Part shown: positions 1 to 10,594 of the stretch, piece by piece | Numbering within the stretch: position 1 is the stretch's first letter | How the letters are laid out: the number at the start of each line of letters is the position of its first letter | From: Camelus dromedarius | Taxonomy: Eukaryota | Length of the DNA stretch: 64,000 bases | Assembly: GCF_036321535.1 (NCBI RefSeq) | Contig: NC_087436.1 | Location: 28,150,001-28,214,000 of the forward strand | Reading direction: 5' to 3' | The notes under the pieces: model-generated | What the model saw: only the letters and a program-made list of their open reading frames with translations | Told to the model about the DNA's origin: nothing | Database searches by the model: none | Program-made: the position numbers and the translations under genes

Positions 1-369
1 TTAGCTGATCCCAGGGTTCCAAACAATAATGGCAGAAAGAAAGCAAACAAGTTATAAAGTTCACAAAACTCATGAAAAGTTCTTGAGTATGGTTTCTGAC
101 TCCTTTGAGAAGATCAAACTGCAGACTCCCAGTATTAACTTCTTCTGTTACTCTTAGAGTGGTAATAACTCAAACTCTCCCTTTTTGTAACCCACTAAAG
201 GCTTAATGACCTCATCTGTTTTATTGAACTCATCCATTAGAGAATCATTTTCTATACAGTAGGCATCAAAATTCAATCGAGATTTTATGATAATTCAAGG
301 GTAACCTCCAACAGGAAGCTTTCTCTGACTTTGTCAGGCTGATAGCCAGGACCCTCAATGCTTTCACAG

Positions 370-1195
370 CTATACAGGCCTACCTAATTTGTCCTGCGCT
401 TCTGCTTGTGCTGCTGTTCAGTCTGCTTTCAATACTGCAGCCATTTTATTTTATTTTGTTTATTTTTAAATGACTTTTAAAAACATAACTTAAAGAAGTT
501 TTTTAATAGAGGTGCTGGGAATTGAACCCAGGACCTTGTACCAGCTAAGCACGCAATCTACCTCTGAGCTATATTCACCCTCCAATACTGTACCCATTTC
601 AAAGCAGAAGTCAAAACGCCAAATCTCTGCTCAAAACTCCATAGTTGCTCCCATTTTAATTCAAGCCTATGCCAAATGCCTTACAGTTGCCCTCAAGGTT
701 TTACAAGATCTCATCTCCTTTATCTTTTTTTTTTTTTCCCCTGCTTCTCCTTGTTCATTTTGCTTCACTTACCCTGACCTTCTTAATTTTCAGAATATTC
801 ACTAGGTGGGATTGTGCCTTAGGGACTTGGCACTGGCTTTTTCTCTGCCCTGGAATACTCTCTCCTGAGATATCTATATAGAAAACTGCGTAACATTCTT
901 CAAATCTTTGCTATAACCCACCCTATCAGATAAATCTTACCAACATAGTTTAAATTACTACCTTTAAAACCTGCACACCCTTACTCTGCCCTATTTTTTC
1001 CTATTGTTCATATCATATACAATATAATTATCTTCTTTTATTATGTTAGTGTTTTATTGCCTGTTTTCCTTGCACTAATGTGAGGTCCACAAAGGCAGTT
1101 ATTTATATATATTTTTTTCTTTTTTTTTGCTCACTGATATATCTCAGAAACATTAAGTGTGGTAGGAAATTAAAAGTTACATATAGAATGAATTA
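370..1195 (+). mobile_element. L2 LINE 3' region (ancient), interrupted by a SINE
   Basis: Degenerate L2 motifs 'ctctgctcaaaactcc', 'ttagggacttggcactggct...cctggaatactctctcc' and 'atgtgaggtccacaaaggcag...gctcactgatatatctcag', ending in 'gaatgaat'. Confidence 0.75.
444..582 (-). mobile_element. tRNA-derived SINE, camelid Vic-1 type
   Basis: The - strand reads gggtgaatatagctcagaggtag (A box)...ggttcaattccc (B box), then an A-rich tail. TSD caatactgcagccattt (430-446) / caatactgtacccattt (583-599), 2 mismatches. Confidence 0.85.
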
Positions 1196-1724
1196 TGTTA
1201 TTTTAATATGTATTTAACTTTTCTGTCTTCCCAACCAGTCTTGGTCTAGGAACCAGAGTTCAGTCTTACCTTACTTTTCAGCAAAGGGACCAAAAATCAG
1301 AAGACAAATGATGCCAAGAAGACTTGAAATGATGTGTAAAGTATGTGACATACTTGCCATATTGCATATTTGCAAAAGAGATGTTTTTGAAAAGTATAAT
1401 ATTTTAAAGTAATGAACTAATATCTATCTTTCAGTAAAATGGAAACCTAGGACATTTTTATAATTCTAAAAGTGCAATTTATCATTTATTTAAGATAGTG
1501 ATGTTGCACAAGAGACAACATAATTGAATTGCCCAATTTACCTTCAGTTATCTGTTATCTACAGGTGCAAGACAGGTTGTATTTGTCAAATTACCTCTAC
1601 AAATTTATAATCCCACTTTATTTATTTTCATTGTTTTGTATACCTGCTCAAAATAATGTGCAATAGAACTGTTTTCTGAAAATCCTAATACAGATACTTA
1701 ATCACATATTTTCTGAGTGAACAC

Positions 1725-1825
1725 TGGTCTTGTCTTTTCTTTCTCTCTCCTCCATCTGTCTCTGTCCCTCCCTCCTCCCTCCCTACTTTCCTTTCCATTC
1801 CTTCCTCTCTTTCTCTCTTTCTTTT
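1725..1825. repeat. CT-rich low-complexity tract
   Basis: Almost pure pyrimidines on the + strand; this explains ORF 1685-1867. Confidence 0.85.
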
Positions 1826-2800
1826 GATCCACACAAAAATGGCTGATTTTTGACAAAGCAGCAACAAAATTTAATGTAAAAGGGTAGTCTTTTAAACAAA
1901 CAACCTTGGAATATCTGGACTTTCATATGCAAAAAAAAAAAAAAATAATAAACCTCAGCCTATATCTCAAATTTACATCAACTTTATACAAAATTAATTC
2001 AAATAAGATTATAAACCTAAATGTAGAATATAAAATTATAAAAATTTAGCAAAAAACACACCAGAAAATCTTTGTGACATTGGGTTATACAAAGTATTTT
2101 TAGATACAACAGCTAAGGGATGCTATATGTAAAATAAAAATTTAGAAACTGTTCTGTGAAAGGACCTGAATTAAAATATTAAAACACACATTAGGAAGAA
2201 ATATTTGCAAATCACACACCTTATAAAGACTTGTATCTAGAATACATAAAGAACTCTCAAAACTCAGTAATAATAAAAAAAAATAACCAAATAAGATAAC
2301 TGTCACTCTTGACCAAAAATTTCACCAGAGAAGATACACAGATAGATGGCAAATAGGCATATACAAAGATGCTCAATATCACTAGTTACTAGGGAAGTAT
2401 GTTACAACCATTCTAAAAATTCTACTTCACACTCATTAGAATGAGGATGAAAAACTGACAGTACCAAGTGCTAAGTGCTAGAAAAGAACTCAGAACTAGA
2501 AATCTCATGTATAACTCACCAACATACAAAATGATAAAGCCATTGCAAAAACACTCTGGTAGTCTCTTATAAAGTTAAACATACATTTACTATGCACTTC
2601 AGCCATCTCACTCCTAGATATTCACCCAAGGAAAATAAAATCTATGCTCACACAGATACCTGTATATATATAACAGTTTGCTCAAATCAACAAGTGAAAA
2701 AACCCCGAATGTTTCTCACCTGGGGAATAAACAAATGGTGGTACATCCATAGAGAAATGGTGTTGAGTCATAGAAAGGAACAGGCTCCTGACACACAAAA
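1826..2800 (+). mobile_element. Old L1 (L1MC/L1ME class), ORF2 end and 3' UTR
   Basis: Typical L1 motifs 'gatttttgacaaag', 'aaacctaaatgtagaatataaaattataaaa', 'aatatttgcaaatcaca', 'agatgctcaatatcactagttactaggga' and 'ctcctagatattcacccaag'. Confidence 0.85.
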
Positions 2801-3801
2801 ATTATCCATAGTCATAGATTGCAGGTGTTCTTCAGAAAAGATAAGAAATGACTTTCAAATCTCAACATGGGGTCAAGGATATCATCTAAGAAAATATTGA
2901 TCTGGAAGTGGAACTGTCTAACTTCAATTAATGAATATAAATGGTTACAATCCTCAATACTATATAACTCTTTGGTGAGGTAATAATTCTTCCAATCCCT
3001 GACTTAAAAGAAAAAAAAAAAAAGAAAAAGATATTACAATTTTCAGAGTTCTCCATAACATAGAATGCTGTTTCCCTTATAATGGACTACATGTGCTTAA
3101 TGGGAGCTAACTCAACCAGTAAATTTGTGTTGATTTGGAAGCCTATATAGGTCTAAGCTATTTCTCAATTTTAAAACATTAATTAACATTTCACTTTAAA
3201 TCAGTCCCTTATATATTTGGGTAGTTAAGTGGGTACCTCAAATTTAATTTTGTCTGTAAAGTTAAAGAACAGCATAGCTAAACATGCAAACTAAGCCCCT
3301 AGCCAATGTTATACATCATAAGTGGCTTATATCCCTATTTAGTATCTCCAATTACCACCCAGAATATAATCAACAACCACAATAGTAATAAGTTGCATCT
3401 TTAAAAGCCCCTAAATCTCTTTCCTCTTAGTTATACGCTTACTCACTTGTAACCTCATTAATAGAACAGAAGAACACATCTAGTATCTACTAGGCATCAG
3501 GTTCTGTGTAAGAAAGATTGACATCCAATTTGTATCTTTGTGCACAAAATTTATTTTCTATTTTTAAAATGTGGAAAGTGAGGTTTAGAGCGTTTATCTT
3601 AATCAAATCCACATAGCTAGTAGGTGCTGGAGCTTAAAATCTACATTTTTTTTTGTTCATATTTCACCTAGACCATCAACCTCCAACTTGAACACTCTCA
3701 AGAATATGTGCACAATGACTCAACAGATTGATTTTGTCAATTTCATGCAACCCAGTGGGGAAGGGCAGCAGAGAAAGGTGGTAGAATCTTCTGGCAATCT
3801 A

Positions 3802-4345
3802 GGTTACAGGAAAATGGAGTGTGACAGGATGATCGAGTCCCAGGTCTTGGGCAACTCCAAGGGACAGGCCACCAAGTGAGGGTTTTGGCTTCTCACAGGA
3901 ATGAATTCAAAAGCGAGCCATAGTAAAGTGAAAGCAAGTTTATGTAGAGAGATACACATCCCATAGACAGGATGCAATCAGTCTCAGAAGCCAGAGCACC
4001 ACAGGGTGCAGGGGTGGTTAGTTTATGTGGGCTGGGTAACTTCCTATGCTAACAAGTGGGAGGATTATTCCAACTAGTTTGGAGAAGGGGCTGGGATTTC
4101 CAGGAACTGGGCTATAGCTCAATTTTTGACCTTTTATGGTCAGCCTCAGAACTGTCATGGCAACTATGGGTGTGTTATTTAGCATGCTAATATATTACAA
4201 TGAGCATATAATGAAGTTCAAGGTCTACTAGAAGTCAAACCTTTTGCTACCTTGGGCCTATTAGGTTCTAACTAGTTTTTGTCATTTCCTCAAAGCTATG
4301 TCATTCTTTTAAAGGTTGTGTCCTACCCCATTCCCTCCTGTCTCA
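3802..4345 (-). mobile_element. ERV1 solo LTR, MER41-like (artiodactyl type)
   Basis: The - strand begins TGAGACAGGAGGGAATGGGGTAGGACACAACCTTTAAAAGAATGACATAGC and ends ...ttttcctgtaac, about 540 bp. It resembles artiodactyl MER41 LTR consensus as I recall it. TSD not clear. Confidence 0.75.
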
Positions 4346-5419
4346 TTATGAATTTATAATGAGAAAGTCATTTTAGCACTTTTTTAGCCAAATTATACTG
4401 GTAAAATTTAGGCATAGGCCATCTAATCTACAGGAAAAAAATATATCTATATAAACACACACATCAACTTTCTTTTATGAGAGAACACTTTCAAACACTG
4501 TATTTTTAAGCCAACTATTCTTCAATTCATTGGATGAATTTCAACGAAAAGTTTGAGTAATTATGAGTAATTAACACTAAAGCTATCGTTTTTAATTTTA
4601 GAGAGTATTCTATTTTTTAAATCTTGTTTCACCACATATTGCTGATGTCTGTCTCTTTTTCATAGTGAGAGACTGAACTGGCTGCCAAGACAAAGAAGAG
4701 AGATTACAGAAAGAAAAAGAATCTTTATAGTCTTATAAACAGCATTTATAAGCCTGAATTTTAACATTACAATGGAGTAATTACCTATTGGAAATGGAAA
4801 GGAGTAATAAAATATGTCAAGTGATAACTCTAAGCTATTATATCTCCTTTCAAGAGTTTATATAGTCTGGTTTAGCTAGTTTAATTTTTATGTAACTATT
4901 CATGATTAAAGGCTAAGTCAGCCTCTACTTGCAGGCTTCATTTAAAGATCATCTAAGAAGGCTGTTTGGAATTGAGGCATATTGGGACACCTAATATTGT
5001 TAGGTCCACTACTTAGTTGAGGTATTTTCATTTACCATGCTTACATTTAGTTCTTTTCTTAATCAACAAAAATGGCAGGGAAGATTCCAACAAGAAAATT
5101 CTCCACAGAATGTGAATAGGTATCATTTGCTCCATGGGGGCATGAAGAAGAAAGTTCCAGCTCAAGGCTTGATTAGCAAGTACTAGGTAATGAGGAAATA
5201 ATAAAGATATCTGAGCACTGAGATTTTCCCTTTGGGTGAACTGCAGAACTTCAACAGTCAACATGAAGATATGAAGAAGGTCTTCTTGCAAAACTGTTTG
5301 TAGTTACCATGGAATTCCATACTCAGTCAAATTTTGCTACTTTACTTGACTTTGAGAATTCAGTCAATAGCACAGTTAGAACAGGCCGTAGTTTGCACCT
5401 TGAGACTTTCACTACTCAT

Positions 5420-5866
5420 TGTAAAATAAAATTCCTATTTTAGGCAAGAAAATCTAAATATAAAAAAATTTTGTCTGCCCTTTGGCCTTTCTCCCCTCTC
5501 CTGTGCACTGTGTATCTGCATTATGCATGGACCAAACCTTCTCATCTGCAGAAATACCTGCTCAACCAAAAAGAGCAACATTTTCCTAGCACCAACAACT
5601 CCTTAAAAGATTAACATTCCTTCTTAATCTTATAAGGGGCCATGATGACCCATAACCCACTGCTTGCTATATTAAATAAATTGTCAATAACATACCATTT
5701 AATGTACAGCCCTCTGCCTCAAAAAAATTACGTAACTGTGCTTTGACTTCTAACAGGTTGAATACTTCTCAGAGCTTTCTGAGATGCTGCTCTCAGGTTA
5801 TAGTCCTCAATTTGGCTGAATAAAAATTTCCATTTCACTCTTAGATCAACTGATTTTTAATTAACA
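5420..5866 (+). mobile_element. ERV1 solo LTR (MER34/MER39/LTR39-like)
   Basis: TG...CA termini (tgtaaaat...attaaca), near-TSD tcat/ttat, and a 3' motif 'cagagctttctgag...ggttatagtcctcaatttggctgaataaa' containing AATAAA. Confidence 0.8.
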
Positions 5867-6458
5867 TTATCAATTGGTTGTCTTCATGAAAAATGTTTTT
5901 GTAGTCAATTGATTTATCTAAGGATTCTCCTTTTACAATTACTGCTATTATTCCCCAACATACTTCTGGAGATTTGACCTTTGTAAAACATAGATTAGAA
6001 GGAACGTCCACAGTGACTTGATGCTACCTTTTTCCAAGAGAATCCATTCTCAGACAAATACTGTTTCCATTATGGCTGTGGCAGCTTGAAAGAGGACACC
6101 ATCCACTTTATTCAGTTACGGATATTTTGTTTTGTTTTGTTTTAATGTAGTGACTGGCTGTAGCACCAAAAAGAGATTAGTTCCTTCCTTTCAGAAGGTA
6201 CATCAGGCAAGTGGCACCTAATTACCAGTCAAAATTTTCACAAACGTTCCTCACCTGTCTCCAGCTAAGACTTTCAAAGCATAAAGAACCAAAATATACT
6301 TGCAAACTTCAAATGGTGATTTTGGTTTCCTGAATGAAATTAATGAAAGTTACTTGCTCTACAGGCTGGCATTGTTCATTATCAACCATGGGAGGTGGCA
6401 CCAACAGAACTTTGGCCCTTTCTCCAGGTGAGCCATCACTTCTAGGGGCCCCAGGGTA

Positions 6459-6910
6459 TGCAGATAGGGTAGGGGGTTCCTGGAGGAAAAGAACCAGATA
6501 TATCTCCTTGACATAAGAGAAGCCATTTTAGGCTGAAGCCATTTTGTGATCTAGGTCTGGCCACAATGCATGCCCTTGAGCAGGTCTCAGTAATAATGTT
6601 CTTAAAGAAACAAAAAAAACCCCAAATTTGTCAAGGGAAGTAACTATAGCAAAGATACTATATCAGTTGTAAAGATTCTCAGCTCTGTTTCAATGGTAAA
6701 GATTAGCCTGAAGCACTTTCTTGAGAAGTTAAACTCAGCTGCAGCCCTCAACTTCACCGATTTTGCCATTCGAGGAGAGATGCTTTGGGAAAGGACCCGC
6801 GTTCTCCTTACTTACCTCAAGTAATAAATCCTTTCTTCTCCTGCCCTTTGCCTTAGTTGTGTCTTTTGGCACGATGCCCACCAAGGAGTGAACCCAGTCT
6901 GCAGGTAACA
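6459..6910 (+). mobile_element. ERV solo LTR (ERV1-like) abutting the CpG island
   Basis: Runs tgcagatagggtaggggg...ggtaaca, with an R/U5-like 'gttctccttactt...gtaataaatcctttcttctc' containing AATAAA. No TSD seen, so the 5' boundary is uncertain. Confidence 0.7.
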
Positions 6911-7002
6911 CCATTGCCAGTCACTGCTTCCACGGGCTCTCTTCAGACGAGATCCGTCGCGTTCAGGTTCGATAAGCTGTAGACGCTCGGGAGTCTTCAA
7001 CA

Positions 7003-7013
7003 TGCGCCTGCGC
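7003..7013. promoter_or_regulatory. NRF1-type site
   Basis: TGCGCCTGCGC, a common variant of TGCGCATGCGCA, inside the CpG island. Confidence 0.65.
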
Positions 7014-7020
7014 TGTGCTG

Positions 7021-7038
7021 CGCGGGGCATTATGGGAG
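7021..7038 (-). promoter_or_regulatory. ZNF143/Staf binding site (SBS)
   Basis: The - strand reads CTCCCATAATGCCCCGCG, matching the Staf consensus YWCCCRNMATSCMYYRCR. Confidence 0.7.
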
Positions 7039-7059
7039 CGCGCGGGGCAGGCAGACAAT

Positions 7060-7266
7060 CACCACAGCCGCCTAGAGCCGCCCAGGGCCGCCCAGGGCCG
7101 CCCAGAGCCGCCCGCGCTCCTGGAGGCCGTCGCGGCCGGAGTGGCGGTGTTGCAGCCGCTCGGGTCTGGGCTCGCCTTGCCTTTGGGATTCGGAACCGCA
7201 GGGAAGGAGACAGCGTATTCTGGGCAACTCGCTGTGGCCGGGCGCCCCGTGTTCTGCGTACACAAG
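7060..7266 (+). other. Putative first exon of an unidentified + strand transcript (lncRNA or 5' UTR); start site unknown
   Basis: The island ends at donor AAG|GTGAGG (7266/7267), where GC content drops. Alternative donors are CAG|GTGTGT (7300) and CAG|GTAAAC (7331). Confidence 0.5.
7067..7113. repeat. 10-bp GC-rich tandem repeat (GCCGCCYAGR) x4.7 with four CCGCCC GC boxes
   Basis: gccgcctaga gccgcccagg gccgcccagg gccgcccaga gccgccc; GC boxes at 7078, 7088, 7098 and 7108. Confidence 0.9.
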
Positions 7267-7599
7267 GTGAGGCCATTCCATTGGCCCAGACAACAACAGG
7301 TGTGTGCTATTTTAATTCAACTTATTTCAGGTAAACTGACTATTAGATGAAAACTTTTGCTCAGGGGAGTACATGTTAGAACTTGAATTCAAACCTGTGA
7401 TAACGCTTGATTCCAGAACCCGGGTTGCTTAGTTTTAGTCCTCAAATATAATCCAGCTCACCTGCAGAAACTGTTTAACGTAAGATTTTTAAAATTTTCT
7501 TCAAATGCTCCTTTTATCTTTAGCCGTGTTTTCCGAGTGTGTTACGTTTCTGATTTCACACATGGGGTATTTTAAAGATTAACTCCATACATAATTGTT

Positions 7600-7745
7600 A
7601 ACTGGGTGAATGAATCTCTTCCAATCTCACTTTACCGATGAGGCAACTTGTATCTATAAAAGAAATTCAGATTATATTTCACATTCACGCAGTATATATG
7701 GAAACCAAATTTAGAATCTGAATTTCTTGGCTCTATTCCAGTTTA
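7600..7745 (-). mobile_element. MIR fragment
   Basis: 'ctcactttaccgatgaggcaact...cacattcacgcag...aaccaaatttagaatc' matches a degenerate MIR core. Confidence 0.55.
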
Positions 7746-8494
7746 CTATATTAATGAACAACAACAAAAAATATACCACAATAAACAAATTAATATAATA
7801 AAGCATACTACTTAATTTATTTAAAAATAATGGTTGTTTAAAATAAGTGTGAACAGGCAAGTGGGTGACATATCTCTACTTTGACTTGGAAACATGTTTC
7901 ACAGATTATGACACTAGGAGACTCACAGAAAACTACAGTATTGTGAGGTAACTTGAGCCCAAAGGCCAAGTGGGCCAGTGTCTCTCAGCACACCCAGAAC
8001 CAGGCTGATATAGATTCAGCATGCTTTTTACAAAGGCAGTCCATTTATTAAAATATTAAAATTCTGCTATTTCCCTTGGTGAATAACCAGTTTCCCAAAT
8101 CCTCTGACTGCTCCTTCTACCAAACAGTTGTCTCCAATCCAAAATCTCTAGACTTTCCTCTCATATAGCAACAGAGGTAAATCTCAGGTAGCAGGATGCC
8201 TCCAGGATTCCACTTGCTTGCTGGTCCTCTACCTGTGACCCAGAGTTGCCTGGACACACTGTTTAGACAGTGCAGTCTTAGAAAATTTACTTTTGTTGTT
8301 TAATTTTTTCCCTAGAAAGTTTTGATTAATTACTTATTTACTTTAAATCTGTTAGATTCCAAGATAATTAGATGTTGCTTGACGTTATTATCCAACCCTT
8401 GAGGATCTCTTAATAATATTGTAATACAGTTGTAAAGTATAATGCAGAACATTTTTTAATCAAATATTATGATAGATTATGTGTGCAAGCATTG

Positions 8495-8640
8495 GTGGAA
8501 AGTACAGTATATTTTTTTCAAACCACAGGCTTTAGAACCAGACAGATGAAGGTTTGAATATTCTCTACCTAGCTAACCTTATGGAGAATGACAGTCCTCT
8601 AAAATTTCATTGCTTTATTTGTGAAGTGGGGGTTATAACC
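8495..8640 (+). mobile_element. MIR fragment
   Basis: 'aggctttagaaccagacaga...ggtttgaat...tttatttgtgaagtgggggttataa'. Confidence 0.6.
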
Positions 8641-10594
8641 TTAAATGCCCCTTTCCTCACCACTACATCATGTCACTAAATGGATCCTATACCAGAGAAT
8701 TACTGTGTGACATCTAATATTTTGAATCTGAATAGAATCTTATCATGCATTTTCCCTTTATTTTTTATTTAAGGTTTTTTTTAACATTTAAAATTCTTCT
8801 CAATAAACATAGGTATCTCTCTGGGAAAAATTTAGCTAATAACGTTCTTTACTGAACATTTCAGAAGAAACGTCATCATCTTTAAAAAAAAAAAAAAAAC
8901 TCAGAGCCCTTAGAATATGAGCTTGATGTATTTAGAAGACAAAATATTTCATTCTGTTTTAAATCAAATCTATTGTGCTAAATAAAAATGGGGAGAAAAT
9001 TATGCATGTTAGATTAGATGTGCATAATCTGCTTCCCTTTTTGTGGATGCTTTTTGTGGATGGTCATTCTGAGTAATGTTAGGATAAAACTACTGATATT
9101 GTGTATAACATTGAAAATAATAAGTACATCAAGTTTCACATTATTTTATAATGTCACCTATTGCTATAAATACCAATAACAAAATGTACTGTGATTATAT
9201 TCTGGATTTTTCAGTCTATTTTGGGGAAAAAATCTGATGTTCATGAAATATGTCTTTTTATTTTAAATTATATTATGTTAACATATATCATAGAAAAGGA
9301 TATGAAGTTTTGTTACTAAGATGTTTCTGTTTAAATGTTATATGGTTGAAAATATCTGTAGTATCCCAACAAAAGCATGATAAACAATTCGCATTTTTAG
9401 GGTATGAGTTGATAAAATTGCTTACACACTAGAAAAAATATTAAAATTGTGAAAGAAAATCACAAGAAGAAAAAAAGCAGAAAAAGCAGAGATGGCAACA
9501 TGAACTGTACAAATGAGAAAAGATTAAATGTTTAGAGAACTGTAAATAAAATAAACAAATAATAGAAAACTGAAAAAGGGATTTTTAAAATCATTTTTAG
9601 ATAGACCTAAGAGAAGTGAAGTTCAATATAATTTTAAAATACATACTTGGTTTGGATTAAATAAAACAAAAATTGGAATTTTCTTTAAGATTCAATATTT
9701 CTGAACTTAAGACAAAATATCAAATGTTTTGAAGCACATTATTAAGAGAAATGATACATGACTCACGGTAAATTAGTGAACAGTAATTAAAGATTCTGAT
9801 GACTGTTTTTTAACAATTCATACAAATAAATAAAGAATAGTCTTCCTTCATATTTTCCTTATATTTTTAACATGTTCTTTGTTCATATTAAATTATGTTC
9901 TCGTTCTAAAGAAATATATGTGTATAGTTTTGCACACGTATGTTTGACATGCATACCAAAATTAGATATTTTACTTTGATTTTTATTTAAAATAAATTAT
10001 TTGGACAAATACATTTACCTGTAAAAGACTATTTAAATACTAACTGGTGTGAAATATGTCTGTTATCTCATGTATATTTTTTAGTATTTTGAAGACTGGG
10101 CTGCTAATACGACATTTAGGAAATGCATATATTTTTAAAAAGAATATTTATATTAAGGAACATCACCTAAACTCCAATGACATGCAAATGTTTCACTTAT
10201 TTCCTTCTAATTAGTCTATGTGGGAGTTTTGTATATTTGTTTTTTGACACAGGGTTGTGATCATCCTACATGTATAGTTACATATCTTGTTTCCTCTAAC
10301 AAACATTTCTCTTTACATCAGTAATGATTTATTTATTAATTTATATTTCTTCCAAATGTCATTGTAAAAGTCTGCGTATAAATACTGGTATGTTAGAATT
10401 CTTTTATGGTTAATTTTAAACAAAACTCAAACTTGTTTAAAGAAAATCATTAGCTTATGACCTTCATACGTAGGTACAAGCAATATTTTCACTATCCTTT
10501 GAAGTCTCAGCCACATTCACAGGTTCTCCCATTGTTTCACCAACTTTCCACAGATGATTTGTGACTAAAACGGATGCTTGAGTACCTAATATAA

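Larger units (their letters stand above)
6930..7270. promoter_or_regulatory. CpG-island promoter, probably bidirectional
   Basis: About 38 CpGs by hand count in 6931-7260, in an otherwise CpG-depleted window. Contains NRF1, ZNF143 and GC-box motifs, with splice donors pointing outward on both strands. Confidence 0.85.

Noticed and set aside
505..582. tRNA-like sequence (also at 36131-36206) as a tRNA gene
   Set aside because: Both copies have A-rich tails, TSDs and degenerate stems, so they are SINEs.
5028..5291. 87-aa - strand ORF
   Set aside because: Non-ATG start, no recognisable homology and no convincing acceptor.
6718..6727. TTCTTGAGAA (STAT6-type N4 site) in the proximal LTR
   Set aside because: A single degenerate motif expected by chance, with no supporting context.
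6812..7350. Five overlapping ORFs of 68-154 aa over the CpG island as a conserved CDS
   Set aside because: They are Arg/Ala/Pro/Gly-rich products expected from stop-poor GC-rich DNA, span a tandem repeat and an LTR, and show no recognisable domain. Kept only as a de novo hypothesis in the findings.
7930..8270. Possible ancient LTR fragment (similar uncertain patches at about 41700-42400, 43610-43950 and 61957-62120)
   Set aside because: Repeat-like composition, but I cannot assign a family or boundaries without Dfam.
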